A stretch of 64,000 nucleotides of DNA from Selaginella moellendorffii. Its lineage: Eukaryota; Plantae; Lycopodiophyta. The notes beneath the pieces are model-generated. The model worked only from the letters and a program-made list of their open reading frames with translations, searched no databases and was not told the DNA's origin. Positions 25,098-37,494 of the stretch are shown in pieces (the stretch's first letter is position 1; each line of letters begins with the position of its first letter). Position numbers and translations under genes: made by a program. The stretch is taken from NCBI RefSeq assembly GCF_000143415.4, contig NW_003314378.1, positions 198,110 to 262,109 on the forward strand, given 5' to 3'.

Positions 25098-25652
25098 GAA
25101 GGAGTTCCTGGGTAGGGCAAGCACGTTCCCGCCCAGAACGGGCAAGCCGGGCGTTAGCCCGGCGAGCGCGTTCTGGAGGGAACGTGCGAGCCCGTGCCTG
25201 GAACGGCCTTTTAACGGGCTGTGGCGAGAACATGGAATAACATTATTCGAGGATGAGAGCGGTCGAATGAACATATGTGGCTATAAGTTATATGTTTTCT
25301 AGGGTTTTAGGGTTTTTTGTGCCGACGCCATGAGGCTATTGGATTCTCTCAGAAGTGGCAGCGGTAGTGGCAAGGCGGAAGCAATAGCGGCAAGGCATCA
25401 GGTGGCAGTAGCTTGCCAAGGTCAGATCTGAGGCATAGCAATTAAATTGATCCAGATCTACTACTTGTCCGTGTGTTTCAGAAATTTTGCAGCGGTTTCT
25501 TGTGGCACTCAAGGTAGGAGGAGCTTGGGTGCGTCAAGAGCAGCTTGAAAGCTGATAATCCCAATTTGCCCTCATTTTCTGGTTTTCTCTGGATTTCATA
25601 GTTTTTCCTTCTCAATCCTCTCGATTTTGTCTATCTGTAAATGGATCCTCCT
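25098..25652 (+). repeat. Repeat unit A (inverted copy at 33510-34101)
   Basis: gaaggagttcctgggtagggc.. at 25098 is the reverse complement of ..gccctacccaggaactccttc ending at 34101; similarity continues for ~550 bp. Confidence 0.88.
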
Positions 25653-25705
25653 TAACGGGCTGGCCCATTAACTTGATCTAGCCATTGGCAGCTGTCAGAT
25701 CGAGT

Positions 25706-27508
25706 TGTAAGCGACTAAATTTTCCATTCTACTTTAGTCACTTAACCACACCTCTGACCACTTGGAGGAGTCTCATTCACAACCTCCATAAGTCCAATCC
25801 AGGACTTGGGACTTGCTAGCCCCGAGAATGGCATCCATGCCACTCAACATTTGCACTTGGTCCAAGTGCTCCACGTGTCCGATCCCATGACCGACACTCA
25901 AAGGTACCACCGACATAGCAGCCCGTTACGCTAAGGCCATGCCCAATCACCTTTGCCACACTGGTAGTCCAATACCACTTGCATCACCGTCTTGGCTCTC
26001 CAAGACTAGGAAAACCATCCGTGAGTGGTCATCTCAGATCCACTCCTTAGCATCCTTAGGATGCCCACCGACAAGGGGAATAGCCTTCCCCAATATCCCT
26101 CTGTCAGTCCCCACTAAGTCCCTTTCTGCCCTTGGCCGTGTTTGCCAACACTGCCACTGGATCGAGACCCACAGGCCCGACCACTAAGTCCCACGGTCCT
26201 CTGGGACTTCCTCACCACATGACTGTGTCCTTGGTCACTACCCCAGAGGACTGCTCCTCTTCCTTTCCACAGTCTGGGCCTTTGGGACAACATTTCGGAA
26301 CACCGTGGCCTTACGCGAGCCACCTGGGTACTCTCCTCGCCTTCTGTCCTTGGGTGCTCTAGCCATGGGCTTAGAGCGGGTTCCATTGAGCCACGACAGG
26401 TATCCAAGTAGGTAGTGCCACCCACACTTGGACTGGGAGCATCGGCCAGTCGATCTCCCGGGGGAACTAGAGCCGGCTCTTGAACACTTCACCAAGCTAC
26501 CCCGCTTGTCGGTCTGTGTTCACTCTAGTCTTGGACTTCCCAGTGGGCAGCTCATCACCCAACACTGGGTCCGGCCTTCCTGGGCCAAACTGGCCTTTCC
26601 TGGCCAAACTGGCTCCACTGCAGTCCTCCCCCTACTATACTTTTGGAGCTCACCAAACCCCCCAGGGTCTGGGAGACGAACGCTTTGGGCTTTCACCCTC
26701 TCAGGCTTCGAACTCGGACTCGGACTCGGACTCGGACTCGGACTCGGACTCGGATTCGGACTCGGACTCGGACTCGGCCTCGGCCTCGGTCTCGGTCTCG
26801 GTCTCGGTCCCGATCTCGGTCTCGGTCTCGGTCCCGGTCTCGGTCTTGGTCCCGGTCTCGACTTCGGACTCCATCTCGGACTCCATCTCGGACTCCATCT
26901 CGGACTCCATCTCGGGTCCGTCTCGGACTCCATCTCGGACTCCATTTCGGGTCCATCTCGGGTCCACCTCGGACTCCATCTCGGACTCCATCTCGGACTC
27001 CATCTCGGGTCCATCTCGGACTCCATCTCGGGTCCATCTCGGACTCCATCTCGGACTCCATCTCGGGTCCATCTCGGGTCCACCTCGGACTCCATCTCGG
27101 ACTCCATCTCGGACTCCAACTCGGGTCCATGTCGGACTCCTCTTCGGACTCCAACTCGGGTCCATCTCGGCCTCCACGTCGGACTCCAACTCGGGTCCAT
27201 CTCGGACTCCACGTCGGACTCCAACTTGGGTCCATCTCGGACTCCACTTCGGACTCCAACTCGAGTCCATCTCGGACACTTCCACGTGTCATGTGTTGGT
27301 CCTTTTGGGTCCCTTTTTGGAGCCTCGCTTTTTGCTCGCTTCGTGCTCGTTCCTCGAGCACTTCGTTGGGAGTTCCACTCCCGCTCTTGACTTTTCAAGT
27401 CGGAGCTTTTGGTCCAAACGTGTTACGCTTGTTTGGCTTTCGCTTCGGCCACTACCACGTGGCACCCTTCCAGCTCCACTTTGGGGCCTAGGGATTTTGT
27501 GTCTCACA
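25706..27508 (-). repeat. 3' LTR (1803 bp) containing 6/12-bp minisatellite ~26710-27280
   Basis: Near-identical to 31563-33329; (ctcgga)n, (ctcggt)n and ctcggactccat/ctcgggtccat arrays. Confidence 0.93.
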
Positions 27509-30500
27509 ACTCCACCACCCATAGACGAAGTTCGATGTCCTCATTGAACGGTAAACCCTTTCATAAAGTAACACCCGCACGTGTTACCATTTCCATCCTT
27601 GGCACCTCGCCAATATTTGTCTATGGTTTGACACCAAAGGCTCACCATGCCTTGTCCATCCTCTAAGGAGCATAGCGTCCCTGACTTAGAGGCTCATTCG
27701 ACCTCTTGTGGTGGTTCTCTCCTTTTATTGGTTTAGTTCTCACTAAACCTGTTAGAGACATCTTCTCTAACTTAATTCCCACTACACATTCTCGAGTGGT
27801 TTCAATTCCCATCGATATAACCTTTGCACTTTGGAACTTTGAATTTTGACTTCTTGGAGTCAATTTCCTAGGTGTCTCCGACACCTTGCCTTGCACCTTT
27901 TGTGCAACTCCACTTCCCCTCCTAGGAAGTTCTCTACTCGAGGGCACCATCATCCTCTCTTCTATTTCGTGCCAAAGTTTCAGTTATCATACTTTGTGCT
28001 AGGGCTATTCATGGCCCTATCATTTGGCTACCTTACCGCTCCCTCCCTTGGAGCTTCCACTTTCGCCAAATCGGAGCATTTCGGAATCCCTCCTTGGAAA
28101 CACACTTCCTTTCCCGCAACTTGTTAGCGTCCAACACATTAGTGTTCCTCGCCTAACTTTGTCACTTGGATTCCTTCCAAGGGATTCCACGGCCCTATCT
28201 TGGCCACTCATCTTTTGCTCCTATCCGTTGATTGTTGCACCAAGCAACATCGAATCTCTACCTCCCTCCTTGAGGTATTGTTTCGGTTCCATAGCAAAGA
28301 CTCTTCTTTGCCAAGTCCGGAGGATGTTCACCCCTAGTACGTCTTTTTAGCATCTTCTGCTATGGGCTCTATCCACGGCCCAACTTCGTGACCCTCCCAT
28401 GGGTCTTTTATAGAGACTACTTTCCTCGGACTCACTATGCCATCGCACGGACATAGTTTATTTCCCTTAGGTGCTCTTCCCACTTGGTCATCACGACCAA
28501 GCCACACCACCTTAAACAGTTCAATTTCAACATTTTGAACCAGGAACTTCATTCCTTAGCCAACCAAGGACCTTGTCCTTATCTGGCCATAAGATCACCT
28601 AGTGATCTCACCTTGGCACCTTAACAGAGTTGCCAAGAGGTACTTGGTCTTCTAGACCTCCAAGTTGTTGACTATAACCCCGGGGGCATCCCCCACACTT
28701 GGTGGTGCACCCAAGCCAGCCCTTACGGCCAAGGGTTCATAGCAACTGAGATTAGGTGTCCCCATCTCACTCACCACGACCTTGGTGCCACTTGCACCAA
28801 AGCGTTCAAGTTAGATATGCTGAGCTTTCACACTAAGCAATCTAACCGTGCATCACGACTCCGAGGCATCCCTCGCTTGGCGGTGTGCCCAAACCAGTCT
28901 CCCCACTGAGAGTCCATGACCACCGAAATATGAGTGTCCTCATATTCCAAACCATCACCACGCCCTAGTGATTTGGGACTCGAACCCAAGCACTAGAGGG
29001 TCGGGACTCGAACCCAACCTCCGTATATGCATCTACGGACGGCATCACACAAGATGCCTGGCGTGACCCCCCACGCCGGTGCACCAACTTATTTTTAAAG
29101 CGCGCTACAGATCACAGCTTAGGAACCTAGTTCCTCCACACTGCCAAGTCCTCTCACTTGACATGTCTGTGATCATGCATGGACTCTTCCATGCTCGGCC
29201 CCATGGCCCACCCTTTTTGAAGTTATCACTTTCAACTAGGGTATTTGTTCCCCCGACGTGCCAATCTCGCTTGGCAAGTCCTCCGACCACTGTAACATGG
29301 TTCCTGCATAAGCGTGAAAGTCCTTGACCATCGACTTTCGTTCAAAGCCCTCTCCTTGAACACTCGGGAACTACTTCCCTAACCTTGATAGCCTTTCCTC
29401 ATGGCAAGCTTCAAGACCACGCTTCTGCTGCGCCACTCTGATTTCGAGCATTCCATGAACCATTTACACTTGGCCTTTCTAGGTACTAAGCTACCTAGAA
29501 TCGTCTTTGGGAACCTTGAAGGAACTCTGTCCCTCAGCTTGCTAAGGCCTCCCTTTTTGCAAGCCTTCCAAATGCCATATAGTCTAACATGGACAATTCC
29601 ATATTTTAGACTCTCCATGGCATCACGGTTGCTAGCGGCAACACCCTCGAGCCCCCACTTGATTCTCCACTCCCAGCTGGCATAACCAACCTTGGTTATG
29701 CCCTTTGATTCCTACGGTTCGGTTTTATCCCCTTACTTCTTGCTTTTTGGCTTCACACCTTTCCTTTGGTCATTCTCCTCCAGACCAGGAGGATAGCTTT
29801 GCACTTTCTATCATGCTTTAGCAAGTATTCTTAGGGATGAACCTACCCAATAGCCTAGGGAGTGGTTCCTCAATTCGGGTATGCTCACCTTATAATCACA
29901 CACACTGGGATTACATTGTTGCTTATGGGCCTTTACATGCCCATCACTAGCCTTGCCAAAATTCCATTTTTGGCTTTGTCCAACTCGGGTAGACAGTCCT
30001 CTCCTGTCTCCGCAACCTTGGACATTTGGATAGCACCTTCTATCCATCATTCGCTAGGGACTTAGTCCCTTGGGCTTTATCCATTGCCCTCGCGACATCA
30101 AACACCACCTTCTGGTGTTCTAGAGTGTTTGGGTGTCCCAATGATGGCTTTCTTGACAATGAGTATTTCCTTTTATGACATTGACTTACTATATCGCAAC
30201 ACAAGCAACTTATCCCCCGTAAGGGTATATCCAACTTCCCTATGCTATTAAGAAGTCTTGGGTAGCTACCTTCTACCCGTTTAACCAGTTATTTTGCATC
30301 TCTTGCTTAGTTGCCTCATAGTTGTCAAGTCCTACAACTCATTGCTTGGTGCTTTCACACCTCCATCATTATTTGGGTCACCACACTCCAACTGCATGTT
30401 CTGTAGCTTAAGCTATGCTATTCCCATTTCCATTGGGATTCCTTTGGCAAGGGGTTCCCATGAACCCACCAACATAGCCTCAAGGGATCACACCTTGGCA

Positions 30501-31562
30501 CATTTGGTGTCTCCACACCATCGGCTCCACGAGCCTACCTCTATGACATTTCCCCTTCGTGTCTAAGTCTTTGCCAAGACCAACACCGCTCTTTCTCATG
30601 CCAACCATCTGTTAGCATTGCACCATAGAGGTCACACACAACTTTATGTCAAAGTTGTTTTCTTCTGGGAACACCTTTCCCATAACTTTAGCATGGCACA
30701 TTTTGCCATCGATGAGATACCCTCTGTTCTCATCCTTAGATCCTATGATCCCCCCCCATCCTTTGTGGGGTACAACACACCTCAGTCCAAATGCTTCCAT
30801 CAGTCCTTTTAGGACCATTCCTTGACTCTACTTGAGTCATCCAGCAGTTTTGGACTTGGTTAACCCACAGACCCTTAAGGTCCTACTTGTGAGGCACTAG
30901 CTCACTGGAATACACTTCTTGCATTCCTGTCCTACTCAAAAGAACTATTTTCACAAGTGTTACTCCGACACTTGATTTTGTTCTCTAGGGGCAACTTTTG
31001 CCCCTTATGACTACTTGTCCATGCGATGAGAATACCTCTCATCTCTAAGTACACCCCCCAACTCCTTGGGTTGTTCCAGCATTTATTAAAGGTAGCCCTG
31101 GCTACCATTTCAAGGACTTGAGTCCTCTTCCGTATTTGACCTCTCACGGTCATTACCTCTGGTCTCACATTCATGAGCACCAACCTCAACTATATGAGGA
31201 TAATCTTGTGACTCCTTTATTGTTTTGGAGTCTCTATCTTTCCCGTGATCCCAACTTTAGTTGTTTACCACAACTACCTTAGCCAATTTGCTGAGACAAA
31301 TGCTCATCCGGATCACATCCTCAACTCAATGAGGAAAACCTTGCACTGTTCCCAAGATCCCAAAGTCGTTCCATTATTGGCCCTTTTCTATCCACCACCT
31401 CGTTTACAAGTTCACACATGAACTGTAATGGAGAGCCATGTCTTCCCGACTTGCTACTCCTCAAGGATAAGCCCACTCCTCGGACCTTCCAATGCCAACA
31501 CTAGTGGTGATATACTTGAGCACCAATAAAAGTCGGACTAAGGAACAGCTCCGATACCAAAT

Positions 31563-33329
31563 TGTAAGCGACTAAATTTTCCATTCTACTTTAGTCACTT
31601 AACCACACCTCTGACCACTTGGAGGAGTCTCATTCACAACCTCCATAAGTCCAATCCAGGACTTGGGACTTGCTAGCCCCGAGAATGGCATCCATGCCAC
31701 TCAACATTTGCACTTGGTCCAAGTGCTCCACGTGTCCGATCCCATGACCGACACTCAAAGGTACCACCGACATAGCAGCCCGTTACGCTAAGGCCATGCC
31801 CAATCACCTTTGCCACACTGGTAGTCCAATACCACTTGCATCACCGTCTTGGCTCTCCAAGACTAGGAAAACCATCCGTGAGTGGTCATCTCAGATCCAC
31901 TCCTTAGCATCCTTAGGATGCCCACCGACAAGGGGAATAGCCTTCCCCAATATCCCTCTGTCAGTCCCCACTAAGTCCCTTTCTGCCCTTGGCCGTGTTT
32001 GCCAACACTGCCACTGGATCGAGACCCACAGGCCCGACCACTAAGTCCCACGGTCCTCTGGGACTTCCTCACCACATGACTGTGTCCTTGGTCACTACCC
32101 CAGAGGACTGCTCCTCTTCCTTTCCACAGTCTGGGCCTTTGGGACAACATTTCGGAACACCGTGGCCTTACGCGAGCCACCTGGGTACTCTCCTCGCGTT
32201 CTGCCCTTGGGTGCTCTAGCCATGGGCTTAGAGCGGGTTCCATTGAGCCACACCAGGTATCCAAGTAGGTAGTGCCACCCACACTTGGACTGGGAGCATC
32301 GGCCAGTCGATCTCCCGGGGGAACTAGAGCCGGCTCTTGAACACTTCACCAAGCTACCCCGCTTGTCGGTCTGTGTTCACTCTAGTCTTGGACTTCCCAG
32401 TGGGCAGCTCATCACCCAACACTGGGTCCGGCCTTCCTGGGCCAAACTGGCCTTTCCTGGCCAAACTGGCTCCACTGCAGTCCTCCCCCTACTATACTTT
32501 TGGAGCTCACCAAACCCCCCAGGGTCTGGGAGACGAACGCTTTGGGCTTTCACCCTCTCAGGCTTCGAACTCGGACTCGGACTCGGACTCGGACTCGGAC
32601 TCGGACTCGGATTCGGACTCGGACTCGGACTCGGCCTCGACCTCAGTCTCGGTCTCGGTCTCGGTCCCGATCTCGGTCTCGGTCTCGGTCCCGGTCTCGG
32701 TCTTGGTCCCGGTCTCGACTTCGGACTCCATCTCGGACTCCATCTCGGGTCCGTCTCGGACTCCATCTCGGACTCCATTTCGGGTCCATCTCGGGTCCAC
32801 CTCGGACTCCATCTCGGACTCCATCTCGGACTCCATCTCGGGTCCATCTCGGACTCCATCTCGGGTCCATCTCGGACTCCATCTCGGGTCCATCTCGGGT
32901 CCACCTCGGACTCCATCTCGGACTCCATCTCGGACTCCAACTCGGGTCCATGTCGGACTCCTCTTCGGACTCCAACTCGGGTCCATCTCGGCCTCCACGT
33001 CGGACTCCAACTCGGGTCCATCTCGGACTCCACGTCGGACTCCAACTTGGGTCCATCTCGGACTCCACTTCGGACTCCAACTCGAGTCCATCTCGGACAC
33101 TTCCACGTGTCATGTGTTGGTCCTTTTGGGTCCCTTTTTGGAGCCTCGCTTTTTGCTCGCTTCGTGCTCGTTCCTCGAGCACTTCGTTGGGAGTTCCACT
33201 CCCGCTCTTGACTTTTCAAGTCGGAGCTTTTGGTCCAAACGTGTTACGCTCGTTTGGCTTTCGCTTCGGCCACTACCACGTGGCACCCTTCCAGCTCCAC
33301 TTTGGGGCCTAGGGATTTTGTGTCTCACA
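31563..33329 (-). repeat. 5' LTR (1767 bp)
   Basis: Followed on the - strand by the PBS; 36 bp shorter than its partner, within the minisatellite. Confidence 0.93.
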
Positions 33330-33509
33330 CGAGTTAGGTTCTCTACAAGAATTTTACTATTGTCAGCCACATTCTAGAGAATGTGGCTGACAGCTACCAA
33401 GTTCTGGAGAACATGGCTAACAGCTACCAGATTCTGGAGAACGTGGCTGCTGTCATCCAGGTTCTAGAGAACAAGATCAACGGCATTCTAGGACAATCCT
33501 AGATCAAAT

Positions 33510-34101
33510 GAAGGAGGATCCATCTATAGATAGACAAAATCAAGAGGATTGAGAAGGAAAAACTATGAAATCCAGAGAAAACCAGGAAATGAGGGCAAAC
33601 TGGGATTATCAGCTCTCAAGCTACTCTCGACACACACAAGCTCCTGCTGCCTTGAGCACCATAAGAAACCGCTGCAAAATTCCTGAAACACATGGACAAG
33701 TAGTAGATCTGGATCAATCTAGTTGCTATGCCTCAGATCTGACCTTGGCAAGCTGCTGCCACCCTGCCGCTGCTGCTGACGCCTTGCCACTACTGCTTCT
33801 GCCTTGCCGCTGCCGCTGCCACTTCCGAGAGAATCCAACAGCCTCACGGCATCGGCACAAAAAACCCTAAAACCCTAGAAAACATGTTATATATAACTTT
33901 TAGCCACGTGTTCTATGTTCATTCGACCACTCTCATCCTCGAATAACGTTATTTCATGTGTCTGTTAATGGTCTTGCCACAGCCTGTTAAGGCCGTTCCC
34001 GGCACAGGCTCGCACATTCCCTCCAGAACATGCTCGCCAGGCTAATGCCTGGCTCGCCCGTTCTGGGCGGGAACATGCTCGCCCTACCCAGGAACTCCTT
34101 C
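33510..34101 (-). repeat. Inverted copy of repeat unit A
   Basis: Reverse complement of 25098-25652. Confidence 0.88.
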
Positions 34102-34292
34102 TTCATTTGATCTGAGAGCCAAGTTCTCTAGAACCTAGATGACAGCAGCCATGTTCTCCAGAACCTGGTAGCTGTCAGCCACGTTCTCCAGAATGTGGCT
34201 GACAACAGTAAAATTTTCGCAGAGAACCTGACTCAATCCGATGGCTGCCAACGGCTGGATCAAGTTAATGGGCAAGCCACAGCCCGTTAAGG
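34102..34292 (-). repeat. Inverted copy of unit B (25650-25705 + 33335-33510), lacking the LTR insertion
   Basis: Reverse complement reads ..ggattgagtcaggttctct.. versus the reconstructed empty site agatcgagttaggttctct; shares 30-bp subrepeats. Confidence 0.85.
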
Positions 34293-35095
34293 GATCGAAG
34301 GTTGCTGCTAGAAACCCGGGAATCTCCTTGTCGAGATGTATGGGAGATGTGGGAGTACCGCCACCACTTTCCTTGTGTTTAGGGCATGGGATTTGGCTTG
34401 GGCAAAGGGGAAAATTATTACATACAGAGTACTTCATGTCAGCCGTTGATCCACCAAAATACCATATCGGGCCGTCCGACGACATAAAGGAAAGACCGTG
34501 ATTCGAGTTTTAATGCCAACCTTTTAATCTAAAGTCTAGAGCTCCCAGATCTTGCGCGTGCCCGATTCCAGAGGCTCGTCAAGGTAGTGGATAGATCGCC
34601 ATCATCTCCGTCTGTCGATGCACGGATTGCTTTCAAGGAGGAAGCGGCAGCACTGCTTCTTGGATCGGAGCTATGCGGGTGGCAACTTGTGGTGACTACT
34701 GTGGCGTCGCGGCTGCCCAATTCAAATACGCAGCTGGATGCCACAGCTTTTGAGGCGAGTCTTCACAGCTATCTCGAGGCGTGGCAGATGCTCTCCAAGC
34801 TGAGGGTGTGATATTTCACTGTGTTCTTTCATCTCGATCGAGGGTTTGGAAAATATTTTGTGTTCTTGATCTTCTTTCTCATTCAATATTTCTGTCTAAT
34901 CTATCTGTCCTGTGTGCAGAAAGGCCGATTTCTGTCTAATCCATCTGTCCTGTGCGCAGAAAGGCCGATCTCTGTGTTGCTTTTCGACAGATCAGCATTC
35001 CATAATCCCTTGAGAGACGACGACAAATCCATTATGGTTGTGGTGGCGGCCGTTTTCGACAAACTGGTTGTTGATAACAGTAGTGAGTTTTGATC

Positions 35096-35984
35096 TGCTC
35101 CAGTTGGTTGCGGTAGTGGGATGTCCCAATCGATCTGGTGTGTTACTTTGTTTCACTTGCATTGTAATAGATTGATGGAACTCTTTTTTTTCTCTCTCTC
35201 TCACTTTCAGCCCAAGAGGAGGTTGAACATCTTGTCACTTTGCTGCTAAGCGAATATGACGAAACAAGCTCAAGAAAACTTAATTAATGGACTTACTCCA
35301 AAACGTTTTGTGGGATCTTTGTGACACTTTTGCGTCACATCCCATCCTTGTTCAAGATGTGCAAATTACCAAAGTTACCAAGGTAAAAAATTATAAAGAG
35401 AAAAATGCTGATTCCATTGATCATCACAAGGAGTTGTTGGACATTGCGAAAGATTGCATAATGTAAATCATTGTTGCCAAGTTTGTATTCACAAATGCTC
35501 TAAAGGATTACAACATCAATGTTTTGCCAGATTATAATATTAACTAACAAGTCATGTAAAGTGTTGATCATAATTAGTGTTGTGATTTGGCAAAACATTG
35601 ATGTTGTAGACCTCTAGAGCACTTGTGAATACAAACTTAACAGCAGTGATTTGTATGGTGCAAGCTTTTGCAATGTCCAACAGTTTCTCATCATGATTAA
35701 TGGAATTAACATTTTTTTCTTCAAATTTTTTTACCTTCGTAACTTTGGTAACTTACACGTCTTGGACAACAAGGATAAGATGCAAGGAGAGAATGTGACA
35801 GAGATCCCATAGAACAAGCTTGTTTTGTCATATTTGCTTAGTGGCAAAATGACAAAATGTTCAACTTTCTCTTTGGCAGGAAAAAAAACAAAAAAAAAAT
35901 TCCATCAATCTATTATAATGCAAGTGAAATGAAATAATGTACCAGATCAACTGGGACATCCCACTACCACAACCAGCTGCAGCA
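35096..35984. repeat. Long foldback inverted repeat (~440-bp arms, ~50-bp spacer); MITE/hairpin-like
   Basis: ggtagtgggatgtccca (35112) / tgggacatcccactacc (35952); caacatcaatgttttgcca (35511) / tggcaaaacattgatgttg (35588). Confidence 0.88.
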
Positions 35985-36537
35985 CAATATGAACCAATTA
36001 AGCTGTAATGTTGTTGCTCCAAACCTCCATGCAAACCTCCAACTTGGATTGGAACGTGTACAAGAAATCCAGCACCAGGAACCCTCCAGCTCGAAATGTT
36101 GGTCTACTCCTCTTGTTGTGCTGGTTGGAATGCCGGAGCTCCATCCGATGTCGTTCCGCACAGACCAGCCGCTGATCAACACCCTGGCACTCCCCAAATT
36201 CTCCAAGGTGGCTGCGATTGGAGACAAGGGAGCTCTGCTCGAGGCTAGGATTCCAGCTCAAATCCAGGGTCCTCACGGCAGATTGGTTCTGCGTATCTTC
36301 GATCGAGAGCAGGAAGCGATCTCGACAATGTCAGGTTCGTTGTCAGGTTCGTCTTTTGTTCTCTGTTTGTTCTCTAACTGAGACGAAATGTTCTAGGAAT
36401 GTGATTCGGGGAAGGAACTCGAGGTCGTGGCGATCGTCCAGCCAACTCTTCACGGTATCTATATACTTTTGTGAGTTCTTTTCTTGCATGTCCTTCTGTT
36501 CAGGTCCAACAGCTGCTCTTCGAAAACGTACAGAGCT

Positions 36538-37015
36538 GCATCATGTCGCCAATCTACATCGATCTCCGGGTGATCGTCTCCTACCCTGATTTGCTCCGCC
36601 AGGTCTCTGCCGCGCTCTGGTCCCCCGGTGCCGCGTTCGGAGCCTCTCACCGATCGCTAGAGAGCAAGGTGGCGGTCGCAAGCATCTACGTGGTGGATCG
36701 ATCCAACAGGGCGGAGCTTCCTCCAAATCCTCCTGGAGCTTCTTCTCTTGTAGCCCAAAAGTTGGCGTATGGAGAAAGGGCCGTGAAGCTCATGGAGCGC
36801 ATGGCGGACGTCGTGAGCTTCTCAAACCTGCCGATGCTGTGAGTTCGTTTTCTCCTTCTTTCTTTCTTTATCACTGATTCCAAGTTTTGTGATGTTTATA
36901 CAGGTCGGGCCTGAGACATGCGTGCTCAAGACGCACGTTGATGTGCTCTCGGATTTTAGCGAGGAGCTCACAGTCAAGCTTCGTGCGGTGAGTCTATTGT
37001 TTCTTCCTTCTCGTG
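36538..37015 (+). pseudogene. Inverted, internally deleted UMPS copy
   Basis: [45 protein letters not shown] and [13 protein letters not shown], with UMPS introns retained. Confidence 0.92.
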
Positions 37016-37024
37016 CTCTTTTCC

Positions 37025-37494
37025 TAGCTGTCCAGAGATCATAAGCTAGAGCTGGAGTCGGAGAGCAGGAGGATCACTGTGGTGGAGACGTGATGAATGT
37101 CCGAGGTGTTTACAATCTCTCCAGAGCCTGGGCGACTTTATCTTCAAGGACAACAGAGAAGTCTCGGCTGAAGAACAGATGATTGTTGCTGTCCCGGAGA
37201 TCAAGGAGGTAGAAGTTGGCGAGGGGGACGAGTTTCTGATCTTTGCGTCGGATGGGATCTGGCAGCCGCGCGAAAACTCGAGCCTGGAAGTTAATGCAGT
37301 TTGTCAGGAACGACAAGAGAATCCCCGAGATAAAGCTCTCGGAAATATGCCTAGATTTTCTAGAGGCTTACATTGCTCGGGGACCTCGCTCGTGTGGTTT
37401 CCAAGAATTAGAAGGCGAGTTTTTCATGGAGGTTCTCGACCCTCGGAAAAGCAGTCGCCACGGGACTGATATGGTTGTCGTCCAGATTTCATAA
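37025..37494 (+). pseudogene. PP2C phosphatase fragment
   Basis: YNLSRA/GDFIFKDN (frameshifted), EEQMIVAVPEIK..DEFLIFASDGIW and DMVVVQI. Confidence 0.75.

Larger units (their letters stand above)
25706..33329 (-). mobile_element. Intact non-autonomous LTR retroelement (LARD-like), 7.6 kb
   Basis: LTRs 25706-27508 and 31563-33329 with TG..CA ends; 5-bp TSD CGAGT (25701-25705, 33330-33334); iMet-type PBS TGGTATCGGAGC (- strand, 31548-31559); purine-rich tract GGGTGGTGGAGT (- strand, 27509-27520); no long internal ORF. Confidence 0.93.

Noticed and set aside
26710-27280. CRISPR-like array
   Set aside because: Contiguous 6/12-bp units with no unique spacers, no cas genes, eukaryotic context.
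26428-27547. Long ORFs in all six frames (also 32285-33377)
   Set aside because: By-product of a stop-free minisatellite in the LTRs; no evidence they are genes.
28960-29030. tRNA gene or SINE
   Set aside because: Only T-arm/B-box motifs; I could not build a cloverleaf or find an A-box and tail.
25098-34101. Single MULE with 550-bp TIRs
   Set aside because: No matching 8-10 bp TSD, and the B/B' pair extends beyond it.
34890-34975. 40-bp tandem duplication
   Set aside because: Two copies only; ordinary slippage.
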